A DNA stretch of 64,000 bases from an uncultured candidate division Zixibacteria bacterium (GTDB lineage: Bacteria > Zixibacteria > MSB-5A5 > GN15 > FEB-12). The notes beneath the pieces were generated by a model. That model was given only the letters and a program-made list of their open reading frames with translations. It had not been told where the DNA came from and did not search any database. Made by a program: the position numbers and the translations under genes. Where the stretch lies: assembly GCA_963664195.1 (NCBI GenBank), contig OY760907.1, forward strand, positions 2,944,001 through 3,008,000, read 5' to 3'. Shown here in pieces: positions 48,590 to 58,786 of the stretch; positions within the stretch are counted from its first letter, which is position 1, and each line of letters starts with the position of its first letter.

Positions 48590-49756
48590 ATGAGCAGCCG
48601 TAACTTAGCCATTCTCGGGTCAACCGGCTCTATAGGGCAATCGACAGCAAGGGTGATTCTGGATCATCCGGGGGCATTCCGTGTCAAAGCGCTGGGGGCA
48701 TACCAAAGTGTCGATTTGCTCGAAAAACAATACCGACAGTTTCGACCGGACTATCTCTGCCTGATCGATCCTGATGCGGCCGCAGATCTGGCGGCCAGAC
48801 TCAAAGACGAGCCGGTAGAGGTCCTCTGTGGCTCGGAAGACATGGTCCGACTGGCAACTCTGGATAGTGTAGATACGGTGTTGAACGCGGTGGTGGGAGC
48901 TGCCGGACTTCGGGTGTCACTGGCGGCGGTTGAACACGGCAAGAGACTGGCGCTGGCCAACAAAGAGTCGCTGGTGGCCGGGGGGCCGTTGTTTCAGGAC
49001 CTGTGCGGTAATTCCAAACCTGTGATCTTTCCGGTGGATTCGGAGCATTCTGCGATCTGGCAGGCGTTGAGAGCGGGCGAGGAAGAGGAAGTCCGGAACA
49101 TCATCTTGACCGCCTCAGGCGGCCCTTTCAGGACGCTGCCGAGGGAAGAGTTCGTGAATATCACGGTTGAACGCGCTCTGGCCCATCCGACCTGGAACAT
49201 GGGAGCGAAAATTACCATCGATTCGGCCACCATGACCAACAAGGGACTGGAAGTTATCGAGGCGGCGGTGCTGTTTTCTGTTCCGGTAGACCGGGTGAAG
49301 ATTGTGGTGCATCCGCAGTCGATCATTCACTCGATGGTGGAATTCTGCGATTCCTCGATTATCGCGCAGCTTTCAAACCCTGATATGTGCCTGCCGATAG
49401 TGTATGCGCTTTTCTGGCCTGAGCGGGTAGAATCATCGTTTGGCAAGATAGACTGGTCCGAGATGAGGAATCTGACGTTCGAGGAGCCGGACCACAAGCG
49501 GTTCCCGGCCATTAAGTTAGCATACGATGTTGCTCGCCTTGGCGGAACGGCGCCGGCGGTGTACAATGCGGCGAACGAAATCGCGGTGGAGGCGTTCTTG
49601 AAAGAGGCGATCAAGTTTACCGATATCGCCGATATTGTGGTCAGGACTGTTGATACTGTCGATATTGTTCAAAGACCGCAACTTGATGACATCCTCCGGG
49701 CAGACGAAAAGGCCCGTGAGATAGCAAGACAAACGGTGGAGACTCAGGCATGCTGA
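48590..49756 (+). CDS. dxr: 1-deoxy-D-xylulose 5-phosphate reductoisomerase
   Basis: LGSTGSIG, LANKESLV, PVDSEH, TASGGPF, HPTWNMG.KITIDSA, NAANE. Confidence 0.97.
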   Translation: MSSRNLAILGSTGSIGQSTARVILDHPGAFRVKALGAYQSVDLLEKQYRQFRPDYLCLIDPDAAADLAARLKDEPVEVLCGSEDMVRLATLDSVDTVLNAVVGAAGLRVSLAAVEHGKRLALANKESLVAGGPLFQDLCGNSKPVIFPVDSEHSAIWQALRAGEEEEVRNIILTASGGPFRTLPREEFVNITVERALAHPTWNMGAKITIDSATMTNKGLEVIEAAVLFSVPVDRVKIVVHPQSIIHSMVEFCDSSIIAQLSNPDMCLPIVYALFWPERVESSFGKIDWSEMRNLTFEEPDHKRFPAIKLAYDVARLGGTAPAVYNAANEIAVEAFLKEAIKFTDIADIVVRTVDTVDIVQRPQLDDILRADEKAREIARQTVETQAC

Positions 49757-50823
49757 TATCAGTGCTTTCGTTTATATTCGTCCTTGGTGCGCTCATCTTT
49801 TTCCATGAGTTGGGCCATTTCCTTGTGGCCAAGAAAGTCGGCATACGAGTCGACCGGTTTTCGCTGGGATTCCCTCCGAATATCTTCAAGAAGAAGTTCG
49901 GAGAAACCGAGTACTGCATCGGCTGCATTCCTCTTGGGGGGTATGTCAAGATGGCCGGGGAGAACCCGGATGAAGAGGCAAGCGGCGCTCCCGATGAGTT
50001 TATGTCCAAGTCGATCTTGCAGCGATTCCTGGTGATTTTTGCCGGACCGTTTATGAATTATATTCTCGCCATTGCCATTCTGGTGGGTGTCTTCTATTTC
50101 GTGGGACAGGAGATTTGGGACAAAGAAGAGGTGTTCGTATCCAAGGTCATGGAGGATGGTCCGGCCGCCAAAGCGGGGATACTGGCCGATGATCAGATTC
50201 TTGCGGTGGGTGACATGGAGATGCCTCATTACGACTCAGTGTCCGCCCTGATCAACGCCGTTGTCGAGCAGCCGCTGAAGATCACCTGGCTTCGGGGCAA
50301 CGACACGTTGTCAGCCGACATCACAACCATGCCCCGGGCTGTCGCCGCAGCCGACGGGGGAGAGGATACGGTAGGGATCATCGGTGTGTATTTTGTGCCG
50401 AAACTGGCCGGACATGAGAAGTTCAGTCTGCCCGAGGCGATTTCGGCCGGTTTCTTCGAAACGCATCATATTCTCGATACTATGGTTGTTTTTGTCAGGC
50501 AAATGGTGACCGGTCAGCAGTCTGCCAAGCAGCTTGGTGGGCCGATTTTTATCGCCCAGGAGTCGGGTCGTCAGGCGCGGCGTGGTCCTGTCAGTCTGTT
50601 TCTGTTCATGGCGCTGCTGTCTGTTAATCTCGCAGTATTGAATGTGTTGCCGATCCCGGTGCTTGATGGCGGTCATATGGTGTTCCTGCTGATTGAGAAG
50701 CTAAAAGGCTCGCCGCTCTCGATGAAGGCGAGGCTGATGGCCCAGCAGGTGGGTATGCTGGCGTTGCTCACGTTGATCGTATTCGTGACGTACAATGATA
50801 TCGCCAGGTTCTTCAGCGCCTAG
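49750..50823 (+). CDS. rseP: RIP metalloprotease RseP
   Basis: HELGH, PLGGYVKM, PDZ-like segment, NVLPIPVLDGG. Confidence 0.95.
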   Translation: MLISVLSFIFVLGALIFFHELGHFLVAKKVGIRVDRFSLGFPPNIFKKKFGETEYCIGCIPLGGYVKMAGENPDEEASGAPDEFMSKSILQRFLVIFAGPFMNYILAIAILVGVFYFVGQEIWDKEEVFVSKVMEDGPAAKAGILADDQILAVGDMEMPHYDSVSALINAVVEQPLKITWLRGNDTLSADITTMPRAVAAADGGEDTVGIIGVYFVPKLAGHEKFSLPEAISAGFFETHHILDTMVVFVRQMVTGQQSAKQLGGPIFIAQESGRQARRGPVSLFLFMALLSVNLAVLNVLPIPVLDGGHMVFLLIEKLKGSPLSMKARLMAQQVGMLALLTLIVFVTYNDIARFFSA

Positions 50824-50953
50824 CGAGCCGTCTGCAAGTCCATAGTTCTGCTTGACTTGCCCCGTGAAACATATTATGAGGTGAGGCGTAGAAACCTGTA
50901 GATGTATCTGCGCGTGTCCGTAAGGAGCGCCTACTGACAGCAATGAGGGAACG

Positions 50954-51676
50954 ATGAAACCTGCGCCACAAAACGCGCTCTGGGACAATGTCAAGCAATT
51001 CGGTCTGGCAATCGTGCTGGCCCTTATCATAAAAACCGGCGTTGTTGAAGCCTACAAAATCCCGACCGCCTCAATGGAAGACACTTTGTTGATCGGCGAT
51101 TTTCTGTTAGCCAACAAGTTTGTCTATGGCGCCGAGCTTCCGCTGGTCGGCTGGAAGCTTCCTGCTATCAGTGAGCCGGAGCGTGGAGATGTCATCATTT
51201 TTACTTTCCCCGGCGACGGTGTCACCAAGTATATCAAGCGCTGTGTAGCGCTTCCGGGCGATATCGTGGAGGTCAAGGACAAAGTGCTTTATGTAAACGG
51301 CGAGCGGGTTCCTGACGCCGAGCACGCGAAACATGTTGATACTACGAAGTCGGGCAAGCAAATCATCCAGCCCCGACAGCCCGGCGGACGGGACAGCCGG
51401 GACAATTTCGGCCCGCATCCGGTTCCCCGAAACGGCTACTTCATGATGGGGGACAACCGGGACAACTCCTACGATTCCCGTTACTGGGGGGCCGTGCCAA
51501 GGGAACTCATTCTCGGCGAGGCGCTGGCCGTACATTGGTCGTGGGACGAAGAGGAATATCCGTCGCCGGACGTTTCGATTACGGATCCGCTGTCGGTCCC
51601 TCGATTGTTCCTATACAATGCTGTCCATTTTTTCCAAAAAGTGCGCTGGGAACGACTGTTTAGCGCGATCTCCTGA
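50954..51676 (+). CDS. lepB: Signal peptidase I
   Basis: IPTASMEDTL..GD, YIKRC, MGDNRDNSYDSRYWG. Confidence 0.95.
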   Translation: MKPAPQNALWDNVKQFGLAIVLALIIKTGVVEAYKIPTASMEDTLLIGDFLLANKFVYGAELPLVGWKLPAISEPERGDVIIFTFPGDGVTKYIKRCVALPGDIVEVKDKVLYVNGERVPDAEHAKHVDTTKSGKQIIQPRQPGGRDSRDNFGPHPVPRNGYFMMGDNRDNSYDSRYWGAVPRELILGEALAVHWSWDEEEYPSPDVSITDPLSVPRLFLYNAVHFFQKVRWERLFSAIS

Positions 51677-51723
51677 TCCGGCGAGTCCCGGATTCTGAAC
51701 CGGCTGGTACTAACGGAGGCTGC

Positions 51724-52428
51724 ATGGTCCTGAAAACGATGGCAATCTGTTCTTTTTTCTTGCTCTGCCTGGCGATGTCAACTCAGGCCGAACCCAGGGT
51801 AGAGGTTTCCCACGGTACGATTGATTTCGGCTATGTCCATCAAGGGCAGACCCTGACACATGCATATTGGCTGAAGTCTATCGGCTCCGATACCGTTCGT
51901 GTCACCGACATTTGGCCCGGCTGTGGCTGCACGCAGATTCCCATTGAAGACTCCGTCATCGCGCCGGGGGATTCCCTGCCTCTGCAGGTCGTCTTCAACA
52001 CCGGTCGTTTTCGCGGTTCGGTGAAGAAGCAGCCGAAGGTCACCACCAATGCATCGGACCTCAAGATCAGGCTTTACTTGTACGCTACTATCGTTACCGA
52101 TTCACAGGATACCGGCCCTCTGAGCGTGCGACCGAAACGTCTTGATGTCTCCCAGTTTGGCGAAAAAACCAGACGGGTGGCGAAATTTCATATCGAGAAC
52201 CATACTGATCAGGATCTGAAGCTGGCGATGGTTGATTCCACGCTGAAGAGCTTTGAAGTGAAGCTTCCGGACAAGATTGGAGCCGGCGAGACGGTCGAGG
52301 GACGGATTCGGGTGTTTGAAGATCGAGTCGAGACCGAGTTTGAGGAGTCACTGACGTTTCGTGCCGAAGACCTTGATCACGCGGTTTACACTCTGCCCAT
52401 CAGGCGATTGTACCAGCCCGGTCAATGA
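51724..52428 (+). CDS. Exported DUF1573-like Ig-fold protein
   Basis: Signal peptide, DFG.V, GCGCT, I.PG.S. Confidence 0.78.
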   Translation: MVLKTMAICSFFLLCLAMSTQAEPRVEVSHGTIDFGYVHQGQTLTHAYWLKSIGSDTVRVTDIWPGCGCTQIPIEDSVIAPGDSLPLQVVFNTGRFRGSVKKQPKVTTNASDLKIRLYLYATIVTDSQDTGPLSVRPKRLDVSQFGEKTRRVAKFHIENHTDQDLKLAMVDSTLKSFEVKLPDKIGAGETVEGRIRVFEDRVETEFEESLTFRAEDLDHAVYTLPIRRLYQPGQ

Positions 52429-52513
52429 CCCGATCAGTATGAGCCTGCCGGGACGTATTCATATGCGCCCCTTTTTGGTTGATTTCACCCGTGCATTCCA
52501 GTTATTGAACCGC

Positions 52514-53131
52514 ATGTACAGTCTTGTTGTGGACAATCTCGGAAAACGATTCGGCGACCGAAAAGTCTTCTCCGAAATCTCTTTTGAACTTCAGACCGGT
52601 GACTCTCTGGCTGTGGTCGGCCCGAACGGGTCAGGGAAATCAACGCTCCTCATGTTGCTGCTTGGATACTATCATCCGTCAAGGGGGAGTGTCTTGTTTT
52701 CGAACGGCGAAAGCGTTCTGGAGGAGGCGGATGTCCGTGCTTGTGCGTCGATGGTCTCGCCTTACCTGAGTTTGTACGATCATCTCACCGCAGAAGAGAA
52801 TCTGACATTCTTCTCCACTGTTGCCGGGGGGCATGTTACGGGCAAGGAAATAGATGCCTTGCTGGCGCGAGTGGGGCTAAAAGGGAGAGGGGCTGATCTG
52901 GTCGGTTCCTATTCGTCAGGAATGAAACAGCGGTTGAAGTATGCAGTCGCCCTGTTGAATCAGCCCGAGTTTCTGTTTCTGGATGAACCTTCGTCGAATC
53001 TCGACGACGCCGGCAAGAAGATCGTGAAGGAGATTATTGAGGATTACCGCAAGCGGGCGGTCATTGTAATTGCCACAAACGAAAAAGAGGAAGAGTCGTT
53101 TGCCAACCAACTCTGCCGGCTTGACCGCTAA
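52514..53131 (+). CDS. ccmA: Heme/cytochrome c maturation ABC ATPase
   Basis: GPNGSGKST, LTAEENL.F, YSSGMKQR, LDEP; adjacent to ccmB. Confidence 0.85.
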   Translation: MYSLVVDNLGKRFGDRKVFSEISFELQTGDSLAVVGPNGSGKSTLLMLLLGYYHPSRGSVLFSNGESVLEEADVRACASMVSPYLSLYDHLTAEENLTFFSTVAGGHVTGKEIDALLARVGLKGRGADLVGSYSSGMKQRLKYAVALLNQPEFLFLDEPSSNLDDAGKKIVKEIIEDYRKRAVIVIATNEKEEESFANQLCRLDR

Positions 53132-53783
53132 GGCGTTTGCCGTATTCGCCAAAGACCTGCGGCTGGAGCTTCGCTCCCGATTCGCTCTGAACACCATACT
53201 GATGTTCGGGGTGACGACGCTGGCAGTGATTTCTTTTTCTCTCGGTCAGAGCGGACTTCCCACGAAACTGCTGGCGGCCCTCTTCTGGATCACGATATTT
53301 TTCTCGGCGGTCGCGGCGCTCGCGCAAGTGTTTGTTCGCGAGGAGGAGTCCGGCACTGCGCTGGCCTTGAGGCTCACGGCGGATCCGAACGCCGTTTATA
53401 TCGGCAAACTCTGCTACAATCTTGTTTTACTGTCGCTCCTGACTGCTATCATCACGCCGCTGTTTTTTGTGCTTACGGATGCTCCCACGGTTGGCGCGGG
53501 GCGATTTGTGATAGTGTTGGCTCTGGGCGTTCTGGCGCTGTGTGGTGCTACCACGCTGGTGGCCGCAATAATATCAAAGGCAGCGGTGAAGGGGGCACTA
53601 TTTGCGGTACTGAGTTTTCCCATTCTTATACTGCCGCTGATTATGTTGGTCGGGGCGACAGACAAACTGCTGGGCGGGAGCGACCTTGGCGAGGTATCAG
53701 CGGCCATTCAGGGGCTTGTTGCCTATTCGATGATAATGATCACCGCCTCCTTGATGCTTTTCAAGTTTGTCTGGCGGGAGTAG
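53100..53783 (+). CDS. ccmB: Heme exporter protein B
   Basis: KDLRLELRS, F.REEESGT..L, VLSFP...P; six TM segments; start uncertain. Confidence 0.88.
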   Translation: MPTNSAGLTAKAFAVFAKDLRLELRSRFALNTILMFGVTTLAVISFSLGQSGLPTKLLAALFWITIFFSAVAALAQVFVREEESGTALALRLTADPNAVYIGKLCYNLVLLSLLTAIITPLFFVLTDAPTVGAGRFVIVLALGVLALCGATTLVAAIISKAAVKGALFAVLSFPILILPLIMLVGATDKLLGGSDLGEVSAAIQGLVAYSMIMITASLMLFKFVWRE

Positions 53784-53907
53784 ATCCTGCTAACAATCGA
53801 TAAAAGTGGGCTGATATTGTCTATTCTTGTTGGTTTTTTTCTGGTTCGGGGGCGTCTGACTTCGTATAATACAGGTGCAAAAGACAGATTAGTCAGGAGA
53901 ATGATTC

Positions 53908-54345
53908 GTGAATCTCAAGTATATCATCGGCGGTGTCATCATCGCTGTTTTTCTTATCTGGGGCGGTTCGGCGTTTCTGAAGACAACCGTGCAATATGTT
54001 TCTATTGAGGAAGCCGGGTCAAGCCCGCGCACGGTACAGGTGATGGGGAAGATCGATTTTGACCGGGTGAGCTACGACCAGAAGGCCTCACGTCTGCAAT
54101 TCGCCATCTACGATGCCGGGGCTGAGAGTCCGGTCGGAGCCGAGACGCTTCCGGTAGTCTATTACGGAGTTGTGCCGGGCAATTTCGATCAGGCGACTTC
54201 GGTTGTGTTGAAAGGGAAGCCGGACGAGGAGGGGCAGTTTGTGGCCGACCAGATGTTGATTAAGTGCCCGTCGAAATACCAGGGTGGAGGTGACGAGTAT
54301 CAGGACGGCCGCAAGCACGACGAAGCCCAGCAGGCGGGTTTGTAG
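53908..54345 (+). CDS. ccmE: Heme chaperone CcmE, Cys-type (CxxxY)
   Basis: N-terminal TM anchor, V.Y.G..P.NF, KCPSKY. Confidence 0.9.
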   Translation: MNLKYIIGGVIIAVFLIWGGSAFLKTTVQYVSIEEAGSSPRTVQVMGKIDFDRVSYDQKASRLQFAIYDAGAESPVGAETLPVVYYGVVPGNFDQATSVVLKGKPDEEGQFVADQMLIKCPSKYQGGGDEYQDGRKHDEAQQAGL

Positions 54346-54348
54346 GAG

Positions 54349-54750
54349 CTACTTCGATCTTCTGCCCTTGCTGCGGATTCGGGCTTTGATGCGGGCCGCT
54401 CTCAGCGTCTCATTGGGACGCAACTTCAGCCGGTATCTTCTTTGGATGGCCATGACCTGATCTCGTTGCGGTTCTCGTGACCTGAATACGACAATATTCG
54501 TTTCGAATTCAGACAGGTCTTCGTTGGTCTCAGGGAGAAAAATCGACCAGAGATCACGGGGAATACCGGCCAGCAGGTTTCTAATATTCGGATACGGCAA
54601 CAGTTTTTTCGGCGGGTCTTGCTGCATAAGTACCATCCATCCTATGGTGTCTACTGTTCTTGCTTCAATAAGTTCGTTCAGGCCGCCATCTATTACCCCT
54701 TTAAACAGAATCAAGGCATGTGCGGTTCCGACATGGGTTCTGTTTGTCAT
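54349..54750 (-). CDS. Hypothetical protein with basic C-terminus
   Basis: Fills the gap between ccmE and the riboswitch; no family recognised. Confidence 0.4.
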   Translation of the reverse strand: MTNRTHVGTAHALILFKGVIDGGLNELIEARTVDTIGWMVLMQQDPPKKLLPYPNIRNLLAGIPRDLWSIFLPETNEDLSEFETNIVVFRSREPQRDQVMAIQRRYRLKLRPNETLRAARIKARIRSKGRRSK

Positions 54751-54814
54751 CGTTCGGATGATTTGTGAGCAATCCTCACTTGACAAATCGGAAGATCATG
54801 TGCAGATTGGACCT

Positions 54815-54985
54815 ACAACGAACCGGTGCCGTTCAATTGGAACGGGTAAAAGGGAAGACGGTTAGACTCCGTCGCAGCCCCGCTACTGTATCGGCTACTC
54901 TCGCGGCATTACGCCACCTGTCTCGACGACGGGGAAGGCGCCGTGAAGGGGACTGACGCCGCAAGCCAGGAAACCTGCCGGAACT
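54815..54985 (+). ncRNA. Cobalamin riboswitch
   Basis: GGTGCC..AAAAGGGAA-gacggt..actccgtc-GCAGCCCCGCTACTGTA..GCCAC..GGGAAGG..AAGCCAGGAAACCTGCC B12 box; upstream of a TonB receptor; TTGACA at 54780. Confidence 0.93.
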
Positions 54986-55065
54986 TAATTCGATAGCTGA
55001 ACCGTCGGCGCGGGCTGACAGGCAGACCTTTCCCGCGTGCGGAATCGCTATCCGAGAAGGAAGCC

Positions 55066-57417
55066 ATGAGGCGCGCCTTTGTTTTGGCCCTCCGGCCTTT
55101 TGTAACGGGAGCGATGGGACCCCGTAAGGCCTTCCGTAGAAAACATCTCAAACTTGCTCCGCTCAGAGTGATCTTCGCAGGTGTATGTGTGGTGGCTCTG
55201 GTGCTGACCGTATCGGTATCCGAAATCGCGGCGCAATCGACGACTCGCTTGAAAGGGGTTGTCTACGATCAAGACGACGGCAGCCCGGTAGAGTACGCCC
55301 GGGTGAGTCTGATCAATACGGCCTACGAGACCTGGACCGATGAGAGCGGTCGATTCCGATTCGAGAACCTTCCGCTTGACTGGTACCGCGTCAGGGTTAC
55401 CGCCTTCAATTATGATTCCAGCGTCAGCGCGGAGATTCGAGTTACTTCGGACGTTGCCGCGAGCGTAGTCATTCCGTTGTCAAAGCGGGTCTACGAGCTG
55501 CCGGGGATTGTTGTGAAGGGGAAGCCGCTGGCGGTTCCTGCCGACCGGGTGACCGTGATTGGGCGGCAGGAGATCGAGATGGCCAACCCGTCGACCGTGG
55601 CCGACCTGTTGACCGGCGTTGTGGGGGTTGACGTTCAACGTGCCGACGCCTCCGGCGGGAAGGCGCGGGTCTCCATTCGCGGTTCCGCCTCGCGACAGGT
55701 GCTCGTTCTGATCGACGGCCAACGGATCAACTCTTCTGCCGACGGTGAGGCTGACCTGAGCAGCATTCCTCCCCAGGCGATTGACCGGATTGTGATCCAT
55801 CGGGGGGGAGCCTCCTCTGAGTTTGGTCCGGACGCGCTTGGGGGCGTGATCAATATCATTACCGTGCCGGAGACTCGTGATCCACAGCGAACGTTTGATT
55901 TGCAGCATCAGGAAGGCAAATGGGGCTGGCGCACGAACGGGTTGGCTATCAGCAATCCCATTCCGCTTGATTCGGTGACGACTCGATTCAGCTACAGCCG
56001 GTCGACTGCCGACGGCGACTTTCCCTACAATTATACGGTGATGCCCTCAAACAGGGTGTATGAGGGGACGCGCACAAACAACGACTTCACAACTGAAAGC
56101 TATCATTTGTCCGGACTGTCTCAACCCTGGCGCCGGACAACGGTGTCCTTTTCGGGGCAATGGTATGTAGCCGAGCGGGGTCTTCCTGGAAGGGCGAGTG
56201 ACCAGAACGACAGGGCCAGATCTGAGGACCGTCGGCTGTTGATGAACGGTGAGATCGAGCGACGATTCTCAGAACGTGTGCTTGGCGAAGTCAGGATCGG
56301 GTACTCACGTTTTAGGCAAGAGTTTGTGGATCCCGGAGATTCGGCCGGCCGCGGTCGATTCAACAGCGAGTACCGCAACAGCATCTATACGTCGCGCGCG
56401 ACCGGGCGGATCGAACCGTGGTTCGGACAGACAATTGTGCTGGGGGCGCAGTTGCAGGCGGAGGAGCTGGATCATCTCGACAAAGTAAACGCCGCCAGGA
56501 CAATGGGGCTGACAGACCGAACCGGAACCGGGCTGTTTGTATCGTCGACGCAACACTTTGGACTGCCGGAATGGGGGCTGTTCGAAAGTCTGGATTTCGA
56601 TGCTGCCCTTCGGTACGATCATGTGAGCACAGCCAACGACTCCTCCGAGTCCGACGATATTGCTACCGATTATTGGGCGCCGAAAATCGGGGCGAGTCTG
56701 TCGGTTGGAGATGAGGTCTCGTTGGTTCTTCGCGGCAGTTACGGGAAGTCACTCAGGTTGCCGAGTTTGAATGCGCTATTCTGGAAAGAGGATGCGCGGT
56801 CGGAGGGAAACCCTGAACTCAAACCGGAGAAATCTGAACACTCAGAAGTCGGGTTTGAGTTTGGCGTGACAAAGGATTGGGTCGACATCGCTGTCGGAGT
56901 CACCTATTTCCATACCTTCTACTATGATCTGGTCAAATGGCGGAACTTCCTGGGGGTCTGGAAGCCGTTCAATCTAGCCGGGGCGAGGATCACGGGGCAT
57001 GAGGATTTGCTCAGCCTGGCGTTCTGGGACAAGCGAATCAAACTTGTGTATGGGAACACGGTCATGACCGCGCTCAACCGTCAGCCCGGACAGAACTCCT
57101 ACGGCAAGTACCTGACCCTGACGCCTCACTATCAAACGAGCCTGTCAATTACTGTCAACCATCCATGGTTCCTGATTTCCTACGGCGTTCGCAGAGTTGA
57201 CAGAAGGTATGCCAAGGAAGCCAATACGAAATTCTATGACAGCTACCGTCTGGATGACCTCCGTCTGGTTGTCAGACAAACGATTGGCCGGTGGCGTTTC
57301 CAGACGGAATACAAAGTATATAATGCGCGCGGCGAGAACTACACGTTGATTACGCACTACCCGATGCCACCCCGCCAGTGGCAGGCAGGGATGTCGGTTA
57401 CATACCGCATTCCGTGA
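55066..57417 (+). CDS. btuB: TonB-dependent cobalamin receptor with N-terminal carboxypeptidase-like domain
   Basis: G.V.D..DG.PV..A.V, plug SIRGS...VLVLIDG, GGVINIIT, GNPELKPE; follows the B12 riboswitch; start may be further downstream. Confidence 0.85.
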   Translation: MRRAFVLALRPFVTGAMGPRKAFRRKHLKLAPLRVIFAGVCVVALVLTVSVSEIAAQSTTRLKGVVYDQDDGSPVEYARVSLINTAYETWTDESGRFRFENLPLDWYRVRVTAFNYDSSVSAEIRVTSDVAASVVIPLSKRVYELPGIVVKGKPLAVPADRVTVIGRQEIEMANPSTVADLLTGVVGVDVQRADASGGKARVSIRGSASRQVLVLIDGQRINSSADGEADLSSIPPQAIDRIVIHRGGASSEFGPDALGGVINIITVPETRDPQRTFDLQHQEGKWGWRTNGLAISNPIPLDSVTTRFSYSRSTADGDFPYNYTVMPSNRVYEGTRTNNDFTTESYHLSGLSQPWRRTTVSFSGQWYVAERGLPGRASDQNDRARSEDRRLLMNGEIERRFSERVLGEVRIGYSRFRQEFVDPGDSAGRGRFNSEYRNSIYTSRATGRIEPWFGQTIVLGAQLQAEELDHLDKVNAARTMGLTDRTGTGLFVSSTQHFGLPEWGLFESLDFDAALRYDHVSTANDSSESDDIATDYWAPKIGASLSVGDEVSLVLRGSYGKSLRLPSLNALFWKEDARSEGNPELKPEKSEHSEVGFEFGVTKDWVDIAVGVTYFHTFYYDLVKWRNFLGVWKPFNLAGARITGHEDLLSLAFWDKRIKLVYGNTVMTALNRQPGQNSYGKYLTLTPHYQTSLSITVNHPWFLISYGVRRVDRRYAKEANTKFYDSYRLDDLRLVVRQTIGRWRFQTEYKVYNARGENYTLITHYPMPPRQWQAGMSVTYRIP

Positions 57418-57514
57418 TCAGGCAGTCGTGATGAAGGTGACGACGACCCAAAAACATGTTTGCATACAACATCCCGACCGGATTCGCTTGGGAATCGAAA
57501 GGACACTAACCAAA

Positions 57515-58732
57515 ATGATCCGCTCACTTTTTCTCATCCTCGCTGTGACCAGCCTGGCGACGGGAGTGGTTGCCGCAGATCCTACCGCTTACGTTGTCAA
57601 TAGCACGGGGGAGACGCTGTCGAAAATCAATCTGAACACGGGAACGGTAACCAACAATATTCTAACGCTTGGCTCCGATGTTGAGTGTGCCCCCAATCAG
57701 ATCGTGGTTCGTGATACGCTGGCCTACGTTATCAATTCTCTCACAGACGAGATCCAGATAATCGATCTGACGTCGGAGACGACGGTTGGATTCGTGAGTT
57801 TGCCGGCCGGCTCTAATCCATATTGGATGGAATTTTACGACAATCGATACGCCTACGTATCTTTGCTGAAGGCGGACGGCTTGGCAAAAGTGGATTTTGA
57901 GACTCGGACGGTCGAGAAGATAGAACCGATCGGTTTCGCTCCGGGTGGTGTGGTGATCCATGACCACAAAGTATACGTGGGACTGACCGCGTTAAACGAT
58001 GAGTACGTGTACGGACAGGGGATACTGGCCGTTTACGATTGTCGCGGTGACTCGATTCTGACCTCTTTCAATGTCGGCACCAACCCGAACAATCTGGCGG
58101 TCGATGACCTCGGTCGGGTTCATGTCGTATGCACCGGAAACTACTCGAGCAGTTTTGGTATTGTGTACGTGATTGATGGCAGCAATGAGACTATTCTTGA
58201 CAGTCTGTATCTTGGAGGCTCGCCGGGTGCCATCGCTATCGGTCCGGACGATGTTGCTTATCTGGCCGCCGGCGGCTGGGGTAGTGAAGGTTACATGTAT
58301 GCCTACAATTCACTGACACTGGACGTCTACCATAATAGCAGCAACCCTCAGATCGTCGGAGTGGGTTGCATGGGTGTGGTGGCCTTTCAGGATTCCACCG
58401 TCTTTCCGATAAGCTTCTACGACAAAGTACAGCAAGTAGATGCGGACGGTACTATCCTGGCGAACTCTGCGGTTGGTGACGGTCCCGTTCATATCGCGTT
58501 CAATTATGTACCGGGTGACATCGATGGCAGCTTTTTGGTGACAATGGGTGACCTGACGGTGCTAATCGACATGTTGTTTATATCGCTTGAGCAGCCGGAC
58601 TACCTGGTGTGGCGTGCCTACCTTGATGGTGACTTCCTTTGCACGATGGGTGACCTGACGCGGTTGATACAGTACCTCTTTATAACCCCCGGTGAAATTT
58701 CTCTAAAAGTTGGGCCAACTTGGTTGCGTTAA
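57515..58732 (+). CDS. Secreted YncE-like beta-propeller with C-terminal dockerin-like domain (BtuG-like)
   Basis: SPI leader, AYVVNS/AYVINS/AYVS blades, VGTNP, VGDGP; twin GD.DG....MGDLT.LI..LFI motif. Confidence 0.75.
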   Translation: MIRSLFLILAVTSLATGVVAADPTAYVVNSTGETLSKINLNTGTVTNNILTLGSDVECAPNQIVVRDTLAYVINSLTDEIQIIDLTSETTVGFVSLPAGSNPYWMEFYDNRYAYVSLLKADGLAKVDFETRTVEKIEPIGFAPGGVVIHDHKVYVGLTALNDEYVYGQGILAVYDCRGDSILTSFNVGTNPNNLAVDDLGRVHVVCTGNYSSSFGIVYVIDGSNETILDSLYLGGSPGAIAIGPDDVAYLAAGGWGSEGYMYAYNSLTLDVYHNSSNPQIVGVGCMGVVAFQDSTVFPISFYDKVQQVDADGTILANSAVGDGPVHIAFNYVPGDIDGSFLVTMGDLTVLIDMLFISLEQPDYLVWRAYLDGDFLCTMGDLTRLIQYLFITPGEISLKVGPTWLR

Positions 58733-58786
58733 TGCTTGACAAGTGGGATTCAGTTTTGTTTTATTGGCGGGACGAGAGTTTTAAGT

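Noticed and set aside
53817..54008. Possible ccmD
   Set aside because: Overlaps ccmE out of frame, lacks an SD and a full TM helix, and the region looks like a promoter
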